DNA of 64,000 nt. Origin: Lama glama (taxonomy: Eukaryota). The DNA lies in contig CM052816.1 in assembly GCA_028534125.1 (NCBI GenBank), forward strand, positions 67,458,001 to 67,522,000, in the 5' to 3' direction. Below, one piece after another: positions 63,961 through 64,000 of this stretch. Below the pieces are notes generated by a model that worked only from the letters and a program-made list of their open reading frames with translations, was not told the origin of the DNA and did no database searches. The translations under genes were made by a program, and so were the position numbers. Every line of letters starts with the position of its first letter. Position 1 is the first letter of the stretch.

Positions 63961-64000
63961 GTAGGAACTGATTATGCTTTCCCTCCATCCATTGCCGGGA

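Overview
AT-rich mammalian genomic DNA, most likely camelid (judged from the tRNA-derived SINE family and L1 3' ends), with a 500-N assembly gap at 36291-36790. Left of the gap is the 5' half of GPBP1 (vasculin) on the minus strand. It has four constitutive coding exons (17282-17344, 7560-7683, 7200-7423, 6148-6214) and a 60-nt in-frame cassette exon (5049-5108). Downstream exons lie beyond position 1, and no CpG-island promoter or first exon is visible, so these are probably lost in the gap. Right of the gap is repeat-rich, apparently intergenic sequence with no credible protein-coding gene; it contains a U6 retropseudogene. The most unusual item is a decayed provirus in a GPBP1 intron (about 8600-12083). 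It joins an ERV-L-type pol to a second integrase fragment and a gammaretrovirus-type env remnant, consistent with an env-capture recombinant. Other items of note are a candidate poison exon with a 25-bp palindrome, a uORF just upstream of the GPBP1 start codon, and several TSD-flanked L1-mediated retrocopies. Repeat family names come from recalled consensus sequences, not a database search, and the ends of old repeats are approximate. I found no evidence of a new intact protein-coding system.
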